NCBI GenBank assembly: GCA_964460615.1
Contig: CAYWPX010000001.1
Coordinates: 120,073-184,072, forward strand
Source: an uncultured Planctomycetia bacterium
Lineage (GTDB): Bacteria > Omnitrophota > Gorgyraeia > CAYWPX01
Reading direction: 5' to 3'
DNA: 64,000 nucleotides
Below the pieces are notes generated by a model. That model was not told where the DNA came from, did no database searches, and saw only the letters and a list, made by a program, of their open reading frames with translations. Position 1 is the first letter of the stretch; the number at the start of each line of letters is the position of its first letter. This document shows positions 20,447 through 32,098 of this stretch, in pieces. The position numbers were made by a program, and so were the translations under genes.

Positions 20447-21634
20447 ATGAACAAGAAAACCATAAAAGATATCGATATTAAAGGTAAAAGGGTCCTTATC
20501 AGGGTTGATTTCAACGTTCCGTTTGAAAAAGGGACTACCAAGATCAGCGATGACACAAGGATCGTAGGGGCTTTGCCTACCATCAAATATGCCATAGAAA
20601 AAGGTGCGAAGGTTGTCCTCATGAGCCATTTAGGCAGGCCTGACGGCATGGTAAAGGAGGAATTGAGATTGGCGCCTGTAGCTAAAAGGCTTTCTGAATT
20701 ACTTGAAAGGCCTGTAATAGCCGCCAAAGATTGCATCGGTGAAGAAGTCAAAAAACAGGTTGCATCCATGAAAAATGGAGATGTGATCCTTCTTGAAAAT
20801 TTAAGATTCCATAAGGAAGAAGAGGAGAATGACCCGAATTTTGCAAAAGAATTATCATTGCTCGGTGATGTTTATGTGAATGACGCTTTTGGCACTGCTC
20901 ATAGGGCGCATGCTTCTACAGAAGGTGTTACAAAATATTTACCCGGTGTTGCCGGTTTTTTAATAGAAAAAGAGATTGAGTACCTTGGGAATGCCCTTAA
21001 TAATCCCAAAAGGCCGTTTGTAGCGATACTCGGCGGAGCAAAGGTATCGGATAAGATAGGCGTTATAAAAAATCTTTGGGGAAAAGTCGACAAGATAATT
21101 GTCGGCGGTGCAATGGCATATACCTTTATGAAGGCTACCGGCCAAAATGTCGGAGCCTCAAAAGTTGAAGCAGATAAACTTGATATTGCAAAAAACATCC
21201 TTGAGGAAGCCAAAAAAAGAAACGTCGAGCTGCTATTGCCGGTAGATCATATTATGGCTGATAAGTTTGACAAAAACGCCAATACGGAAATTTCAAGCGG
21301 TGTTAATATCAAAGACGGCTGGCTTGGTTTAGATATAGGCCCAAAGACCGTAAAGCTTTTTTCTGATGCGTTAGTCGGGGCAAAAACAGTTGTGTGGAAC
21401 GGGCCTATGGGCGTATTTGAGATGGATAAGTTTGATAAAGGGTCCCTTGGAGTTGCCCAGGCGGTAGTAAATTCTAAAGCAGTATCAATAATAGGCGGCG
21501 GCGATACGGCTTCATGTATAGCCAAATTTGGTTTAACAGATAAGATGTCGCATATATCCACTGGCGGAGGCGCAAGCCTTGAGTATATGGAAGGAAGAGT
21601 ACTTCCTGGTATAGCGGCATTACAGGATAAATAA
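20447..21634 (+). CDS. pgk: phosphoglycerate kinase
   Basis: RVDFNVP, MSHLGRP, GGGASLE motifs; 395 aa. Confidence 0.95.
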   Translation: MNKKTIKDIDIKGKRVLIRVDFNVPFEKGTTKISDDTRIVGALPTIKYAIEKGAKVVLMSHLGRPDGMVKEELRLAPVAKRLSELLERPVIAAKDCIGEEVKKQVASMKNGDVILLENLRFHKEEEENDPNFAKELSLLGDVYVNDAFGTAHRAHASTEGVTKYLPGVAGFLIEKEIEYLGNALNNPKRPFVAILGGAKVSDKIGVIKNLWGKVDKIIVGGAMAYTFMKATGQNVGASKVEADKLDIAKNILEEAKKRNVELLLPVDHIMADKFDKNANTEISSGVNIKDGWLGLDIGPKTVKLFSDALVGAKTVVWNGPMGVFEMDKFDKGSLGVAQAVVNSKAVSIIGGGDTASCIAKFGLTDKMSHISTGGGASLEYMEGRVLPGIAALQDK

Positions 21635-21652
21635 TTATTAGAAAGGTATTTA

Positions 21653-22429
21653 TTGATAATGAAAAGACGTCCGATAATTGCTGGTAATTGGAAGATGAAT
21701 AAGATCATTGTTGAAGCGATTGAGCTTGCCAATGGTCTAAAAAGAAATTTGTATAAGATCGAGAATGTAGATATAGTTATCTGCCCGACATTTACCGCTC
21801 TGGCGGAGGTCGGGGAGATCGTGCTGGATTCTAATATACAACTCGGCGGGCAGAATATGTACTTTGCCGATACGGGTGCTTTTACCGGAGAGATCTCTCC
21901 TATCATGCTCAAAGATGCCGGGTGTGAATATGTGATAATAGGCCATTCCGAAAGAAGGGCATATTTTGGCGAAACGAACGAAATGGTTAACAAAAAAGTC
22001 ATGTATGCCATAGAAAGAGGCCTTAAGCCTATTATGTGTGTCGGAGAGAAGCTTGAGGAAAGAGAGTCAGGAAAAACTTTTGATGTTGTCGGTGAACATG
22101 TCAGGGAAGGTTTAAAAGGCATATCGAATGAGGATATATTGGAAGTTACAATTGCATATGAACCTGTCTGGGCGATAGGGACGGGTAAGACCGCAACGCC
22201 CCAGCAAGCCGAGGAAGTACATGTTTTTATAAGAAATATTTTAGCTGAGCTTTACGGTAAGGAGATCGGGGATTCAATTCGTATTCAATACGGCGGTAGC
22301 GTTACAGCCGAAAATATAAAGGAGCTCATAAGCCAGCCTAATATAGACGGCGCATTGGTTGGAGGCGCCAGCTTGAAGGTGGATACTTTTACGACAATCG
22401 TTGAAGCAGCTTCACAAGTGAAAGGATAG
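21653..22429 (+). CDS. tpiA: triosephosphate isomerase
   Basis: IIAGNWKMN, IIGHSERR, AYEPVWAIGTG, QYGGS motifs; TTG 21653 or ATG 21659 start. Confidence 0.95.
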   Translation: MIMKRRPIIAGNWKMNKIIVEAIELANGLKRNLYKIENVDIVICPTFTALAEVGEIVLDSNIQLGGQNMYFADTGAFTGEISPIMLKDAGCEYVIIGHSERRAYFGETNEMVNKKVMYAIERGLKPIMCVGEKLEERESGKTFDVVGEHVREGLKGISNEDILEVTIAYEPVWAIGTGKTATPQQAEEVHVFIRNILAELYGKEIGDSIRIQYGGSVTAENIKELISQPNIDGALVGGASLKVDTFTTIVEAASQVKG

Positions 22430-22435
22430 TAAAAG

Positions 22436-22948
22436 ATGTTTTTATACGGTTTTATAATTGCAATACATGTTTTTGTAAGTATAGTTTTAATACTGGTAAT
22501 TTTGTTACAAGCCGGTAAAGGCGGCGGTTTAAGCGAGGCGTTCGGAGGTTCGTCCACTCAGACGATATTTGGCCAATCTGCCCCGACATTTCTTACTAAG
22601 GCTACATCAGTGTGTGCCGTAATATTCATATTCACATGCCTAACATTGGCGGTCATGTCCAGCAAAAAATCCCATTCTATCATGAAAAATGAATCGCTGA
22701 AAGGAAGCATGATGGCCCCCGTAAAGGCGGATGAAAAGAACCTTAAGCCTGTTACTAATGACGCAAAAGAAGCTACTAAGGCGGCTAATGGGACAAAAGA
22801 TATCTCTGGGACTGGGCAGGCTGCCGATACAGCAAAAAAAGTAGCTCCGGCGGCGAATGAAGTTACCGATAAAGTCAACCCTGTGCCTAGCCCTGTAGCT
22901 GGGCAAGGCCAAACTGCACCATCTACACAAAATAGTGAGAAAAAATAA
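22436..22948 (+). CDS. secG: preprotein translocase subunit SecG with extended low-complexity C-terminus
   Basis: N-terminal VLILVILLQAGKGGGLSEAFGG SecG signature; ~90-aa Ala/Lys/Thr/Pro-rich tail. Confidence 0.8.
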   Translation: MFLYGFIIAIHVFVSIVLILVILLQAGKGGGLSEAFGGSSTQTIFGQSAPTFLTKATSVCAVIFIFTCLTLAVMSSKKSHSIMKNESLKGSMMAPVKADEKNLKPVTNDAKEATKAANGTKDISGTGQAADTAKKVAPAANEVTDKVNPVPSPVAGQGQTAPSTQNSEKK

Positions 22949-24557
22949 TTCTCTTTTGATATCAATTAGACTACTTCAAGCAATACTTGGAGTAGTCTTT
23001 TTGTTTTTTATGCTGCCTTTGGCCGATTGTGATGAGCCGGTGACCGGCGATTACTTTGTAATGGGATCAATAGCCGATGCCAGGAACCTTGTCCCGATAC
23101 TGGCGTCCGATGCCTCATCCAGCGAGATCGTCGGGTTTGTATTTAACGGCCTTGTCAAATATGATAAGGACCTTAATCTTATAGGGGATCTCGCGAAAAG
23201 CTGGGAAGTATTGGAAGGGGGGTTAGTAATAGTATTTCATTTAAGGGATGATGTCAGATGGCATGACGGAGCCAAATTTACAGCAAGAGACGTCGAATTT
23301 ACCTACAAGAAACTGACAGACCCTAACGTAAAGACTCCATATGGCGGGGATTTCGAGAGAGTAAAAAACCTGGAAGTTATTGATGATCATACTATCAAGA
23401 TCACCTATAAGGAAGCTTTCTCTCCCGGGCTTGCCAGCTGGGGGATGCCAGTAATGCCCAGGCATATCCTTGAGAAGGAGGACCTTAACAAGACCAAATT
23501 TTCCAGGCACCCCATAGGTACCGGCCCGTATAAATTCAAAGAATGGAAAACTGCCCAAAAGATCGTATTGGAATACAATCCTGATTATTTTGAGGGGAGG
23601 CCTTATATAGACAAATATATTTACAAGATCGTCCCGGATGAATCTACGATGTTCCTTGAACTCAGGACAAAAGATATTGATTGTATGGGGCTTAGCCCGC
23701 TTCAATATAAAAAACTCACAAATACCCAATTTTTTGATACCAATTACGAGAAATACAAATATCCCGGTTTTACTTATGTCTATATGGGCTTCAATCTGAC
23801 AAACGAGAAATTTAAGGATAAAAGGGTCCGGCAGGCCATAAACTATGCCATAAATAAAAGCGAACTTATAGATATTGTTTTACTGGGGCTTGGTAGAGTT
23901 TCCTCTGGGCCATTTTTGCCTGAGTCGTGGGCATATAATAAAGATGTTTTACCGTATGAGTATAGCCCTGATAAAGCAAAAGAATTACTCAAAGATGCCG
24001 GCTGGGTGGAAATAGATAATGACGGGATATTGGAAAAGGACGGCAAAAAATTTGAATTTACCGTAGTTACCAATCAAGGGAATGAGCTAAGGATGCAGAC
24101 TGCCGTGATCATACAGGAACGGCTAAAGAAAATAGGCATAAAAATAAATATCAGAGTTATTGAATGGGCAGTATTTGTCTCCGAGTTTATTGATAAGAGA
24201 AGATTTGAAGCGGTAATATTGGGTTGGAGTTTATCCAAAGACCCGGATTGTTATGATATTTTCCATTCTTCAAAGACCAAAGAAGGTGAATTTAATTTTG
24301 TAAGCTACGCCAATAGCGAAGTTGATGATCTTTTGCTGGAGGCACGACGCGAGTTTGATGAAAAAAAGCGGGCCGGTTACTACCATAGGGTCCAGGAGAT
24401 ACTTTATGATGATGCCCCGTACATTTTTTTGTATGTTCCTTATAGTCTTCCTGTGGTAAGTTCAAGATTTAAAGGAATTGAAGTAGCTCCGGCCGGAATC
24501 GAGTATAATTTCATTAAGTGGTATGTTCCAAAACCGATGCAGAGGTATGCAAAGTGA
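22935..24557 (+). CDS. ABC transporter substrate-binding protein, peptide/nickel (family 5) type
   Basis: 540 aa, N-terminal signal/anchor, family-5 SBP architecture; followed by two permeases and two ATPases. Confidence 0.85.
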   Translation: MRKNNSLLISIRLLQAILGVVFLFFMLPLADCDEPVTGDYFVMGSIADARNLVPILASDASSSEIVGFVFNGLVKYDKDLNLIGDLAKSWEVLEGGLVIVFHLRDDVRWHDGAKFTARDVEFTYKKLTDPNVKTPYGGDFERVKNLEVIDDHTIKITYKEAFSPGLASWGMPVMPRHILEKEDLNKTKFSRHPIGTGPYKFKEWKTAQKIVLEYNPDYFEGRPYIDKYIYKIVPDESTMFLELRTKDIDCMGLSPLQYKKLTNTQFFDTNYEKYKYPGFTYVYMGFNLTNEKFKDKRVRQAINYAINKSELIDIVLLGLGRVSSGPFLPESWAYNKDVLPYEYSPDKAKELLKDAGWVEIDNDGILEKDGKKFEFTVVTNQGNELRMQTAVIIQERLKKIGIKINIRVIEWAVFVSEFIDKRRFEAVILGWSLSKDPDCYDIFHSSKTKEGEFNFVSYANSEVDDLLLEARREFDEKKRAGYYHRVQEILYDDAPYIFLYVPYSLPVVSSRFKGIEVAPAGIEYNFIKWYVPKPMQRYAK

Positions 24558-25528
24558 TAGGTTATATTTTTAAAAGAATAGTTTATCTGGTTCCTCTACT
24601 GATAGGGATTACTTTAATTTCTTTTTTTATTATCCATCTTGCCCCAGGCAAACCCGGCCCTATGCAGGACTTTAATCCCAAGGTATCCTTGGAGGTAAGG
24701 GAACGTCTGGCGCGCCTAAGCGGTTTTGATAAACCGCTTTATATACAGTATTTTGATTGGGTAAAAAAGATTGCGAGATTTGACTTCGGGAGGTCTTTTG
24801 TTGACGATAGATTAGTCTCTGAAAAGATACTCGAAAGGCTTCCTATAACATTATTAATAGAGTTTCTTTCTTTGGTTTTGATACTTTTGATATCGATACC
24901 TTTAGGCGTGATAAGCGCCGTAAAGAAAGATTCTTTTTTTGATAAGTTTACGACGGTATTTGTGTATATAGGTTTTGCCATGCCGACATTCTGGCTTGGT
25001 TTGATCCTGATGCTAATTTTCGGAGTTAAACTCGGGATCTTGCCCATATCAGGTATTGTTTCGCTTCAATTTGAAGATCTGGATTTATTAGGTAAGATCA
25101 TGGATGTCTTGAGGCATCTGATCCTGCCGGTATTCATTCTTTCATTTACGTCTTTGGCCGGTATGTCCAGGTATATGAGAGGGAATATGCTCGAGGTCAT
25201 ACACCAGGATTATATAAGGACCGCAAGAGCCAAAGGGTTGAGCGAGAGATCAGTTATTTATAAGCATGCCTTAAAGAATGCGTTATTGCCTGTGGTGACA
25301 ATATTGGGATTGTCAATTCCGGCATTAATCGGCGGCAGCGTAATCACAGAGACTATATTTGCGATACCCGGAATGGGGAGATTATTTTTCGAGTCTGTTA
25401 TGGCAAGGGACTATTCTGTCGTTATGGGGCTTCTTGTTATAGGAGCGATACTTACTCTGATCGGCAATTTTATTCCAGATATACCCTATTCATATGTTGA
25501 CCCAAGGATCAGGCTGAAGAACCGATAG
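24554..25528 (+). CDS. ABC transporter permease (DppB/OppB-like)
   Basis: Multi-TM protein; GTG 24554 start with GAGGT SD, overlapping upstream stop (GTGA); track ORF begins at 24518. Confidence 0.85.
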   Translation: MIGYIFKRIVYLVPLLIGITLISFFIIHLAPGKPGPMQDFNPKVSLEVRERLARLSGFDKPLYIQYFDWVKKIARFDFGRSFVDDRLVSEKILERLPITLLIEFLSLVLILLISIPLGVISAVKKDSFFDKFTTVFVYIGFAMPTFWLGLILMLIFGVKLGILPISGIVSLQFEDLDLLGKIMDVLRHLILPVFILSFTSLAGMSRYMRGNMLEVIHQDYIRTARAKGLSERSVIYKHALKNALLPVVTILGLSIPALIGGSVITETIFAIPGMGRLFFESVMARDYSVVMGLLVIGAILTLIGNFIPDIPYSYVDPRIRLKNR

Positions 25529-25541
25529 TTGAGGGATAAAA

Positions 25542-26366
25542 ATGAAAAAAATATTACGGCATAAACAGATTATTTTCGGGCTACTGATAGTCTCTATGTT
25601 TGCGTTATTGGCAATTATGGCGGCAGTGATATCCCCGTATGATCCCAATGATATTAATGTTGAAAATTCATTTTTAGCTCCGTCTTTGAAGCATCTTTTC
25701 GGGACGGACCAACTGGGGAGGGATATTTTTTCCAGGATAATTTTCGGGGGGAGGATATCGCTTACTATCGGTTTTGTAGCTGTTGGTATAGCGGTACTTA
25801 TCGGCTCGTTATTAGGTGCAGTAGCCGGGTATTATGGCGGGAAAGTAGATTCATTTATTATGCGGATAGTTGATATGATGCTCTGTTTCCCGACGTTCTT
25901 TCTGATCCTTTCTGTTATAGCTATCCTGGGCCCTAATATATATAACATTATGATCATCATAGGCCTTACCAGCTGGATGGGAGTGGCTAGGCTCATAAGA
26001 GCAGAGATTTTAAGTTTAAAGGAGAGGGACTTTGTTCAGGCGGCAAAAGTGATCGGAGCAAGCGACCTCAGGATAATAACAAAGCATCTAATTCCGAATG
26101 CGCTTACGCCCGTATTGGTAAGCGCGACTTTAGGAATAGGAGGAGCAATACTTACAGAGTCGGGGCTAAGCTTTTTGGGCCTTGGCGTTCAGCCTCCTAC
26201 GCCGAGTTGGGGGAATATACTTATGGATGGAAAAGCGACAATGGATGTTGCCTGGTGGATAACAATTTTCCCTGGGTTGGTGATCCTTGTTACTGTACTG
26301 GGTTATAATTTACTTGGAGAGGGCCTGAGGGATATGTTTAACCCAAGGCTTAAGACCACAAAGTAA
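25542..26366 (+). CDS. ABC transporter permease (DppC/OppC-like)
   Basis: Multi-TM protein with EAA-like loop region. Confidence 0.85.
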   Translation: MKKILRHKQIIFGLLIVSMFALLAIMAAVISPYDPNDINVENSFLAPSLKHLFGTDQLGRDIFSRIIFGGRISLTIGFVAVGIAVLIGSLLGAVAGYYGGKVDSFIMRIVDMMLCFPTFFLILSVIAILGPNIYNIMIIIGLTSWMGVARLIRAEILSLKERDFVQAAKVIGASDLRIITKHLIPNALTPVLVSATLGIGGAILTESGLSFLGLGVQPPTPSWGNILMDGKATMDVAWWITIFPGLVILVTVLGYNLLGEGLRDMFNPRLKTTK

Positions 26367-26368
26367 TC

Positions 26369-27337
26369 ATGAAAAATATCCTGGAAGTCAAAGATCTGAC
26401 TGTAAAAATTGATTCCATTGATAAGTCTTTTAATGTCATCAATGATGTAAACCTTTCAATTGAAGATAATGCCACACTCGGGGTAGTGGGCGAATCCGGC
26501 TGCGGCAAGACAATGACTGCTCTTAGTATCATGGGGCTATTAGCCGCTCAGGCAAAACCGGTTAAAGGTGAAATTGTTTTTGATGGAGTAGACCTATTAA
26601 AAAAAGATAAGGGCTATATGAGGAATATCCGCGGAAAGGATATCTCAATTGTTTTTCAGGAGCCTGCTACTGCCCTTAATCCTGTTTTTACTATTGGCGA
26701 GCAGGTATCCGAAGCAATACTGGCGCACAAAGATCTGCCTAAGAAAGAGGTAAAAGATATTTTATTTGATCTATTTAAAAGGGTCAAATTAAATAACCCC
26801 TATTTTATCTACAATTCATATCCGCATTCTTTAAGCGGAGGGATGAAGCAGAGGGTGATGATAGCCATGGCTATAGCGCTGAGGCCTAAATTATTAATTC
26901 TCGATGAGCCTACAACAGCTCTTGATGTTACGGTGCAGGCGCACATACTATCGCTAATAGAAGATCTGAAAAGAGATTTCAAAATGGCGATCATATTCAT
27001 AACGCATAATCTCGGGATAGTTGCCAGGATTTCGGATAAGATCGCAGTTATGTATTCCGGCAGGGTTATGGAACTGGCTACTAAAGAAGAGATTTTCCAT
27101 AATACAAAAAACCCGTATACTAAAGGGCTTTTAGAATCAATTCCGCCGGTCGGGAATCCCGCTAAAAGGCTCAAGGCCATAAAAGGCGAGGCGCCTAGTA
27201 TGCTAGCTATTCCCCAAGGCTGTCCGTTTCATCCAAGATGTCCTATGGCAATTGATATCTGTAAAACCATTGTTCCTGAATATAGAGAAATCGTTAAGGG
27301 CCATTTTTCAAAATGCCATCTGGCGGAGAAAGTTTAA
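26369..27337 (+). CDS. ABC transporter ATP-binding protein (DppD/OppD-like)
   Basis: Walker A GESGCGKT, signature LSGGMKQR, Walker B LLILDEPTTALD, C-terminal Cys cluster. Confidence 0.9.
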   Translation: MKNILEVKDLTVKIDSIDKSFNVINDVNLSIEDNATLGVVGESGCGKTMTALSIMGLLAAQAKPVKGEIVFDGVDLLKKDKGYMRNIRGKDISIVFQEPATALNPVFTIGEQVSEAILAHKDLPKKEVKDILFDLFKRVKLNNPYFIYNSYPHSLSGGMKQRVMIAMAIALRPKLLILDEPTTALDVTVQAHILSLIEDLKRDFKMAIIFITHNLGIVARISDKIAVMYSGRVMELATKEEIFHNTKNPYTKGLLESIPPVGNPAKRLKAIKGEAPSMLAIPQGCPFHPRCPMAIDICKTIVPEYREIVKGHFSKCHLAEKV

Positions 27338-27348
27338 TAAATTGGTAT

Positions 27349-27377
27349 AGGGTCAAGGGTTAAGGGATAAGCGGATA
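27349..27377 (+). repeat. heptad array (GGGTYAA-type) between the two ABC ATPase genes
   Basis: AGGGTCA AGGGTTA AGGGATA AGCGGATA; related TAGGGATAAGGGTTAG at about 61700. Confidence 0.6.
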
Positions 27378-27402
27378 AAATCTTTTAGAAAAAACAAATA
27401 TT

Positions 27403-28281
27403 ATGATTAAGATAAAAGATATAAAAAAATATTATAAGATTGAAAAGGGATTCTTCAAAAGGGAGACAGGCCTTATTAAGGCTGTTGACGGGGTGAGCCT
27501 GGATATTAAAAAGGGCAAAACCCTCGGGCTTGTCGGCGAGTCAGGTTGCGGGAAAACCACGCTTGGAAAGATCATCGTAGGGTTAATAAAACCTGACGAA
27601 GGAAGTATAAAAATAAGTAATAGAGATCTGACGCTATCAGGAAAGAGCGGCAATAGATCTGTCAGTAAAATTGTCCAATTTATTTTTCAGGATCCGTATT
27701 CATCGCTAAATCCGCGGATGACCTTAAAGGAGATCGTTACCGAGCCCCTACTGATCCATGAAAAATTGACCAAGTCTGACATAGATAATAGATTCCTTAA
27801 ATTATTAGACCTTGTTAGGCTGCCAAAAGAAGGCCGGAATAAGTATCCTCATCAATTTAGCGGCGGAGAGAGGCAGAGGATAGGCATTGCAAGAGCGCTG
27901 GCCCTTACTCCTGAGTTTATAGTATGCGATGAGCCGGTATCGAGCCTGGATGTTTCTATTCAGGCGCAGATTTTAAACCTTTTAAAGGAATTGCAGGAAG
28001 AGTTGAATCTTACGTACCTTTTTATTTCGCATGATCTAAGCGTTGTGGAGTTTATAAGCGATGTTGTAGCGGTCATGTATAGCGGTAAGATCGTTGAGAT
28101 AGCAGATAAGAGAGAGTTATACAAGAACCCATTGCATGGCTATACAAGGGTCCTGCTTAATAGCATCCCTGTTCCGGACCCAAGAAGAACATTAAAGGTT
28201 GTGCTTACAGAAGATTTTTCGGATCAACTCAAGATTAAAGACCTAAGAGAGATCACTCAGGGCCATTTTGCGGCTATTTAG
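27403..28281 (+). CDS. ABC transporter ATP-binding protein (DppF/OppF-like)
   Basis: Walker A GESGCGKTT, signature FSGGERQR, Walker B CDEPVSSLD. Confidence 0.9.
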   Translation: MIKIKDIKKYYKIEKGFFKRETGLIKAVDGVSLDIKKGKTLGLVGESGCGKTTLGKIIVGLIKPDEGSIKISNRDLTLSGKSGNRSVSKIVQFIFQDPYSSLNPRMTLKEIVTEPLLIHEKLTKSDIDNRFLKLLDLVRLPKEGRNKYPHQFSGGERQRIGIARALALTPEFIVCDEPVSSLDVSIQAQILNLLKELQEELNLTYLFISHDLSVVEFISDVVAVMYSGKIVEIADKRELYKNPLHGYTRVLLNSIPVPDPRRTLKVVLTEDFSDQLKIKDLREITQGHFAAI

Positions 28282-28368
28282 AGTAAAATCAGCTTAAAAT
28301 AACTGATATGGCATAATAAACCTCAAATTAACTCTGGTTTTTCCTTTAATTTCTTTATAAAAAAATAT

Positions 28369-28397
28369 TTGCAAAAGCCGCGTTTTTATAATATAAT
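28369..28397 (+). promoter_or_regulatory. sigma70-type promoter upstream of glgC
   Basis: TTGCAA-17 nt-TATAAT, followed by ~110-nt leader with nested hairpin CTGCCA...AAACCCAtaatGGGTTT...TGGCAG. Confidence 0.5.
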
Positions 28398-28508
28398 ATT
28401 TTACTCATTTCAACCCAGATTAAATTTCAGTTATTATAATGTAATTTGGGTTCACTGCCAACAACCTGAAACCCATAATGGGTTTTTCGTGGCAGCCTTT
28501 TGAAGTTT

Positions 28509-29735
28509 ATGAAAAATCTACTGACTTTTATAATGGCAGGCGGTAAAGGCGAAAGGCTTTATCCTTTAACTAAGGATAGGGCGAAGCCTGCTGTGCCGTT
28601 TGGCGGAGTATATAGGATAATAGATTTTACTCTTTCCAATTGCATCAATTCAGGGATCAGGAAGATCCATATACTTACTCAGTATAAATCGATCTCTTTA
28701 GAGCGTCATATTAGATCAGGATGGATGATCTTTGAGTCGGAATTGGGAGAATTTGTTGATATTATTCCCGCACAGCAGAGAGTTGATGATCACTGGTATC
28801 AGGGAACGGCAGATTCAATATATCAGAATATTTATTCGATAGAGATGGAAAAACCCGATCATGTGTTAATACTGGCAGGCGACCATGTCTATAAGATGGA
28901 CTACTCTAAGATGCTAGAGTTCCATATGAATAAGGGTGCCGATATAACTTTAGGCGTTGTTGAGATGCCTATTGAAAGAGTCAAGGATTTCGGTATCGTT
29001 GAGGTCGATCCCAATTTTAAAGTCCACGGTTTTGAGGAGAAACCCAATACACCTAAGACAATACCTGATGACTCCAAAAAAGCCTATGTTTCAATGGGGA
29101 TATATATATTTTCGAAAGAATTTCTGATAACCTCGCTTATAGAGGATGCTAAAGACAAGTCTTCAAACCATGATTTCGGGAGAAATATTGTACCTCTAGC
29201 CATTAAAAATGGCGCAAAGGTTTATGCTTATAATTTTAAAGATGAGAACAAAAAAGAGGCAAAGTACTGGAGGGATATAGGCAGTATAGATGCCTATTTT
29301 GAGGCAAATATTGACCTTATATCGGTTTCTCCGATTTTTAATTTATATGATAAGGATTGGCCGATCAGGACATACCAGGAACAGTATCCGCCTGCAAAAT
29401 TTGTTTTTGCTCAGACCGACAAAGAGGGTGGTAGGCGCGGTATAGCATTGGATTCGTTGATATCGCATGGTTCTATACTTTCTGGAGGCAGGGTTTATAG
29501 GTCTGTGCTTTCTCCGAACGTAAGGACAAACAGTTTTTCTGTAGTTGAGGACTCGGTATTACTGGAAGGCGTTGAGGTTGGCAGGCACGCCAAAATAAGG
29601 CGCGCCATTATTGATAAAGACGTCATAATACCTCCGAAGACGGAGATTGGTTATAACTTAGAAGAGGATAGGAAAAGATTTCACGTTACGGAATCCGGGA
29701 TCGTTGTCGTAGCAAAGGGGACAGAGATAAAATAG
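28509..29735 (+). CDS. glgC: glucose-1-phosphate adenylyltransferase
   Basis: MAGGKGERLYPLTKDRAKPAVPFGG N-terminal motif; start set at ATG 28509 (track begins at TTG 28500). Confidence 0.9.
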   Translation: MKNLLTFIMAGGKGERLYPLTKDRAKPAVPFGGVYRIIDFTLSNCINSGIRKIHILTQYKSISLERHIRSGWMIFESELGEFVDIIPAQQRVDDHWYQGTADSIYQNIYSIEMEKPDHVLILAGDHVYKMDYSKMLEFHMNKGADITLGVVEMPIERVKDFGIVEVDPNFKVHGFEEKPNTPKTIPDDSKKAYVSMGIYIFSKEFLITSLIEDAKDKSSNHDFGRNIVPLAIKNGAKVYAYNFKDENKKEAKYWRDIGSIDAYFEANIDLISVSPIFNLYDKDWPIRTYQEQYPPAKFVFAQTDKEGGRRGIALDSLISHGSILSGGRVYRSVLSPNVRTNSFSVVEDSVLLEGVEVGRHAKIRRAIIDKDVIIPPKTEIGYNLEEDRKRFHVTESGIVVVAKGTEIK

Positions 29736-30185
29736 ATGATTAGAAAAGCGAATATGTCAGATGTAAAGAAGATCCAGAAGTTGGTTAAGTTCTATGCCGA
29801 CAAAGATGAGATGCTTCCAAGGTCTTTAAGCGAGCTATATGAAAATATTAGGGATTTTTTTGTATATAGTGACGGTAATAAGATCTATGGATGCGCGGCG
29901 CTTCACATAAATTGGGAAGACCTTGCTGAGATTAAAGCTGTTGCAGTAGCAAAATCCAAAGCAAGACAGGGCGTCGGAACAAAACTTATTAATGCCTGTC
30001 TTGATGAAGCCAAAAAAATGAAGATCAAAGAGGTTTTTGTCCTCACCTATAAGCCGGAATTTTTTAAGAAATTCGGGTTTTCCTTGATCGATAAATCGAA
30101 GCTTCCTCATAAGATCTGGACAGAATGCATAAAATGCGTTAACTTTCCAAATTGCAATGAAATAGCGCTAAAAAAAGAAATGTAA
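29736..30185 (+). CDS. GNAT-family N-acetyltransferase (short ArgA-like form possible)
   Basis: 149 aa; acetyl-CoA motif ARQGVGTKL; C-terminal CIKC...FPNC. Confidence 0.65.
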   Translation: MIRKANMSDVKKIQKLVKFYADKDEMLPRSLSELYENIRDFFVYSDGNKIYGCAALHINWEDLAEIKAVAVAKSKARQGVGTKLINACLDEAKKMKIKEVFVLTYKPEFFKKFGFSLIDKSKLPHKIWTECIKCVNFPNCNEIALKKEM

Positions 30186-30191
30186 TATAAT

Positions 30192-30256
30192 AGCTCATGG
30201 CTCGCAAGCTCATAGCTCATAGGTAAATTCCTAGAGCCCTGAACCTAGAGCCTGGG
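30192..30256 (+). repeat. heptad array (GCTCAT-type) plus duplicated CCTAGAGCC motif between the GNAT gene and leuC
   Basis: AGCTCATG GCTCGCA AGCTCATA GCTCATA; CCTAGAGCC-ctgaa-CCTAGAGCC. Confidence 0.7.
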
Positions 30257-30279
30257 GCAGTATTTAAGAGGGAATTAAA

Positions 30280-31545
30280 ATGGGATTTACGATAACAGAA
30301 AAAATACTTTTGAAGCATTCGGGTGTTAAAACGGTTACTCCCGGAGAGTTTATTTTAGCGGATGTTGATCTGGCACTTGGTAACGATATCACGGCACCCC
30401 TGGCTATAAAAGAATTTGAAGGGATGGGGTTAGGAAAGGTATTTGATAAAAATAAAATCGCATTAATACCCGACCATTTTACTCCCGCAAAGGATATGAA
30501 AAGCGCCAATCAGGCAAAGATCCTCAAGAATTTTGCCGATAGGTTTAAGATAAAGCACTACTATGAAGTGGGCAGGGTCGGCATAGAACATGCTTTTTTA
30601 CCCGAACAGGGAATAGTAATGCCCGGGGATCTCGTAATAGGGGCTGATTCACACACATGTACGTACGGTGCGCTCGGAGCTTTTTCTACCGGCGTGGGGT
30701 CTACGGACCTTGCGGCGGCAATGGCCACCGGCAAAGTCTGGTTTAAGGTCCCTGAGAGCATCAAATTTGTTTATACTGGAAAACTCAATAAATGGGTCGG
30801 AGGAAAAGACCTGATACTTTTTACGATAGGACAGATCGGCGTAGACGGAGCATTATATAAGGCGATGGAATTTACCGGGAACGCGATAAAAAAGCTTCCT
30901 ATGGACGATAGATTTGCCATGTGCAATATGGCGATTGAGGCCGGCGGGAAAAGCGGGATTATTGAGCCGGATGATATTACAGAAAACTATGTTTCGGCTA
31001 CATCAAAGATATCGAAAAGAAAATTTAAATTTTACTCCAGTGATAAAGATGCAAAGTATACCAAGGTTTATGAATACGATGTAAATAAGATGGAACCGCA
31101 GGTATCCTTGCCTCATTTACCTAGTAACGCGGTGCCGGTAAGCAAGGTAAAGAAATCGGTTGACCAGGTAGTGATAGGGTCTTGTACAAATGGCAGGATC
31201 TCAGATATACGGCTGGCTGCCAAAGTCCTTAAAGGAAAAAAGATTAACTCAAGAGTACGCCTTATTGTTATCCCTGCAACCCAGGCAGTATTCCAGCAGG
31301 CGATCAAAGAGGGGTTAGTCGATATATTTATCAATGCCGGCGGAGTATTCTCTACTCCGACTTGCGGGCCTTGTTTAGGCGGCCATATGGGAATATTGGC
31401 TGAAGGCGAAGTAGCCATAGCTACTACTAACAGGAACTTTGTTGGCAGAATGGGTAGTCTTAAAAGCGAAGTTATGCTCTCAAATCCGGCAGTCGCGGCT
31501 GCGTCTGCAATAACCGGAAAAGTTACACATCCTGATGAGATCTAA
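30280..31545 (+). CDS. leuC: 3-isopropylmalate dehydratase large subunit (short aconitase-X type)
   Basis: 421 aa; Cys ligands for 4Fe-4S ([15 protein letters not shown]); followed by LeuD-like small subunit. Confidence 0.85.
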   Translation: MGFTITEKILLKHSGVKTVTPGEFILADVDLALGNDITAPLAIKEFEGMGLGKVFDKNKIALIPDHFTPAKDMKSANQAKILKNFADRFKIKHYYEVGRVGIEHAFLPEQGIVMPGDLVIGADSHTCTYGALGAFSTGVGSTDLAAAMATGKVWFKVPESIKFVYTGKLNKWVGGKDLILFTIGQIGVDGALYKAMEFTGNAIKKLPMDDRFAMCNMAIEAGGKSGIIEPDDITENYVSATSKISKRKFKFYSSDKDAKYTKVYEYDVNKMEPQVSLPHLPSNAVPVSKVKKSVDQVVIGSCTNGRISDIRLAAKVLKGKKINSRVRLIVIPATQAVFQQAIKEGLVDIFINAGGVFSTPTCGPCLGGHMGILAEGEVAIATTNRNFVGRMGSLKSEVMLSNPAVAAASAITGKVTHPDEI

Positions 31546-31606
31546 TGGCAGAAGACAGAAAACAGAATTCAGAAGTTAGAAAAAACTAAAAAAATAAGAG
31601 ATAAAA

Positions 31607-32098
31607 ATGATTATAAAAGGGAAGATACATAAATTCAGGGACGACATAAATACGGACGAGATAATACCGGCAAAGTATTTGAATACTACAGATGCCAAGG
31701 AGTTGGCTAGTCATGTAATGACCGGTATTGATGAGAGTTTTCCGTCCAAAGTTAAGGAAGGCGATATTATTGTCGGCGGTAAAAATTTCGGTTGCGGGTC
31801 ATCAAGGGAACACGCCCCTCTGGCTATCAAATCAGCAGGGATCCAGTGTGTAATAGCCGAGAGTTTTGCCAGGATCTTTTTAAGGAATAGTATTAATATA
31901 GGCTTGCCGATTTTTGAAAGCGCTCTTGCTTCAAAAGAGGTCAATGACGGCGATGTTGTCGAGATAGATACCGAAAAGGGGATTATCAGGAATTTATCGA
32001 CGGATGAAGAATATATTTCAAAGCCTTTCCCGAAATTTATGGAAGATATTATAGTATCGGGCGGGCTTTTAAACTGGATAAGGAAAATAGCCGGGTAA
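31607..32098 (+). CDS. leuD: 3-isopropylmalate dehydratase small subunit
   Basis: 163 aa; [14 protein letters not shown] motif. Confidence 0.85.
   Translation: MIIKGKIHKFRDDINTDEIIPAKYLNTTDAKELASHVMTGIDESFPSKVKEGDIIVGGKNFGCGSSREHAPLAIKSAGIQCVIAESFARIFLRNSINIGLPIFESALASKEVNDGDVVEIDTEKGIIRNLSTDEEYISKPFPKFMEDIIVSGGLLNWIRKIAG

Noticed and set aside
21247-22122. 291-aa minus-strand ORF
   Set aside because: Lies antisense to pgk and tpiA, which have unmistakable motifs; low-complexity Ser/Pro/Ile-rich translation typical of antisense frames.
22558-22965. 135-aa and 96-aa minus-strand ORFs
   Set aside because: Antisense to the secG extension and the substrate-binding protein start; no support.
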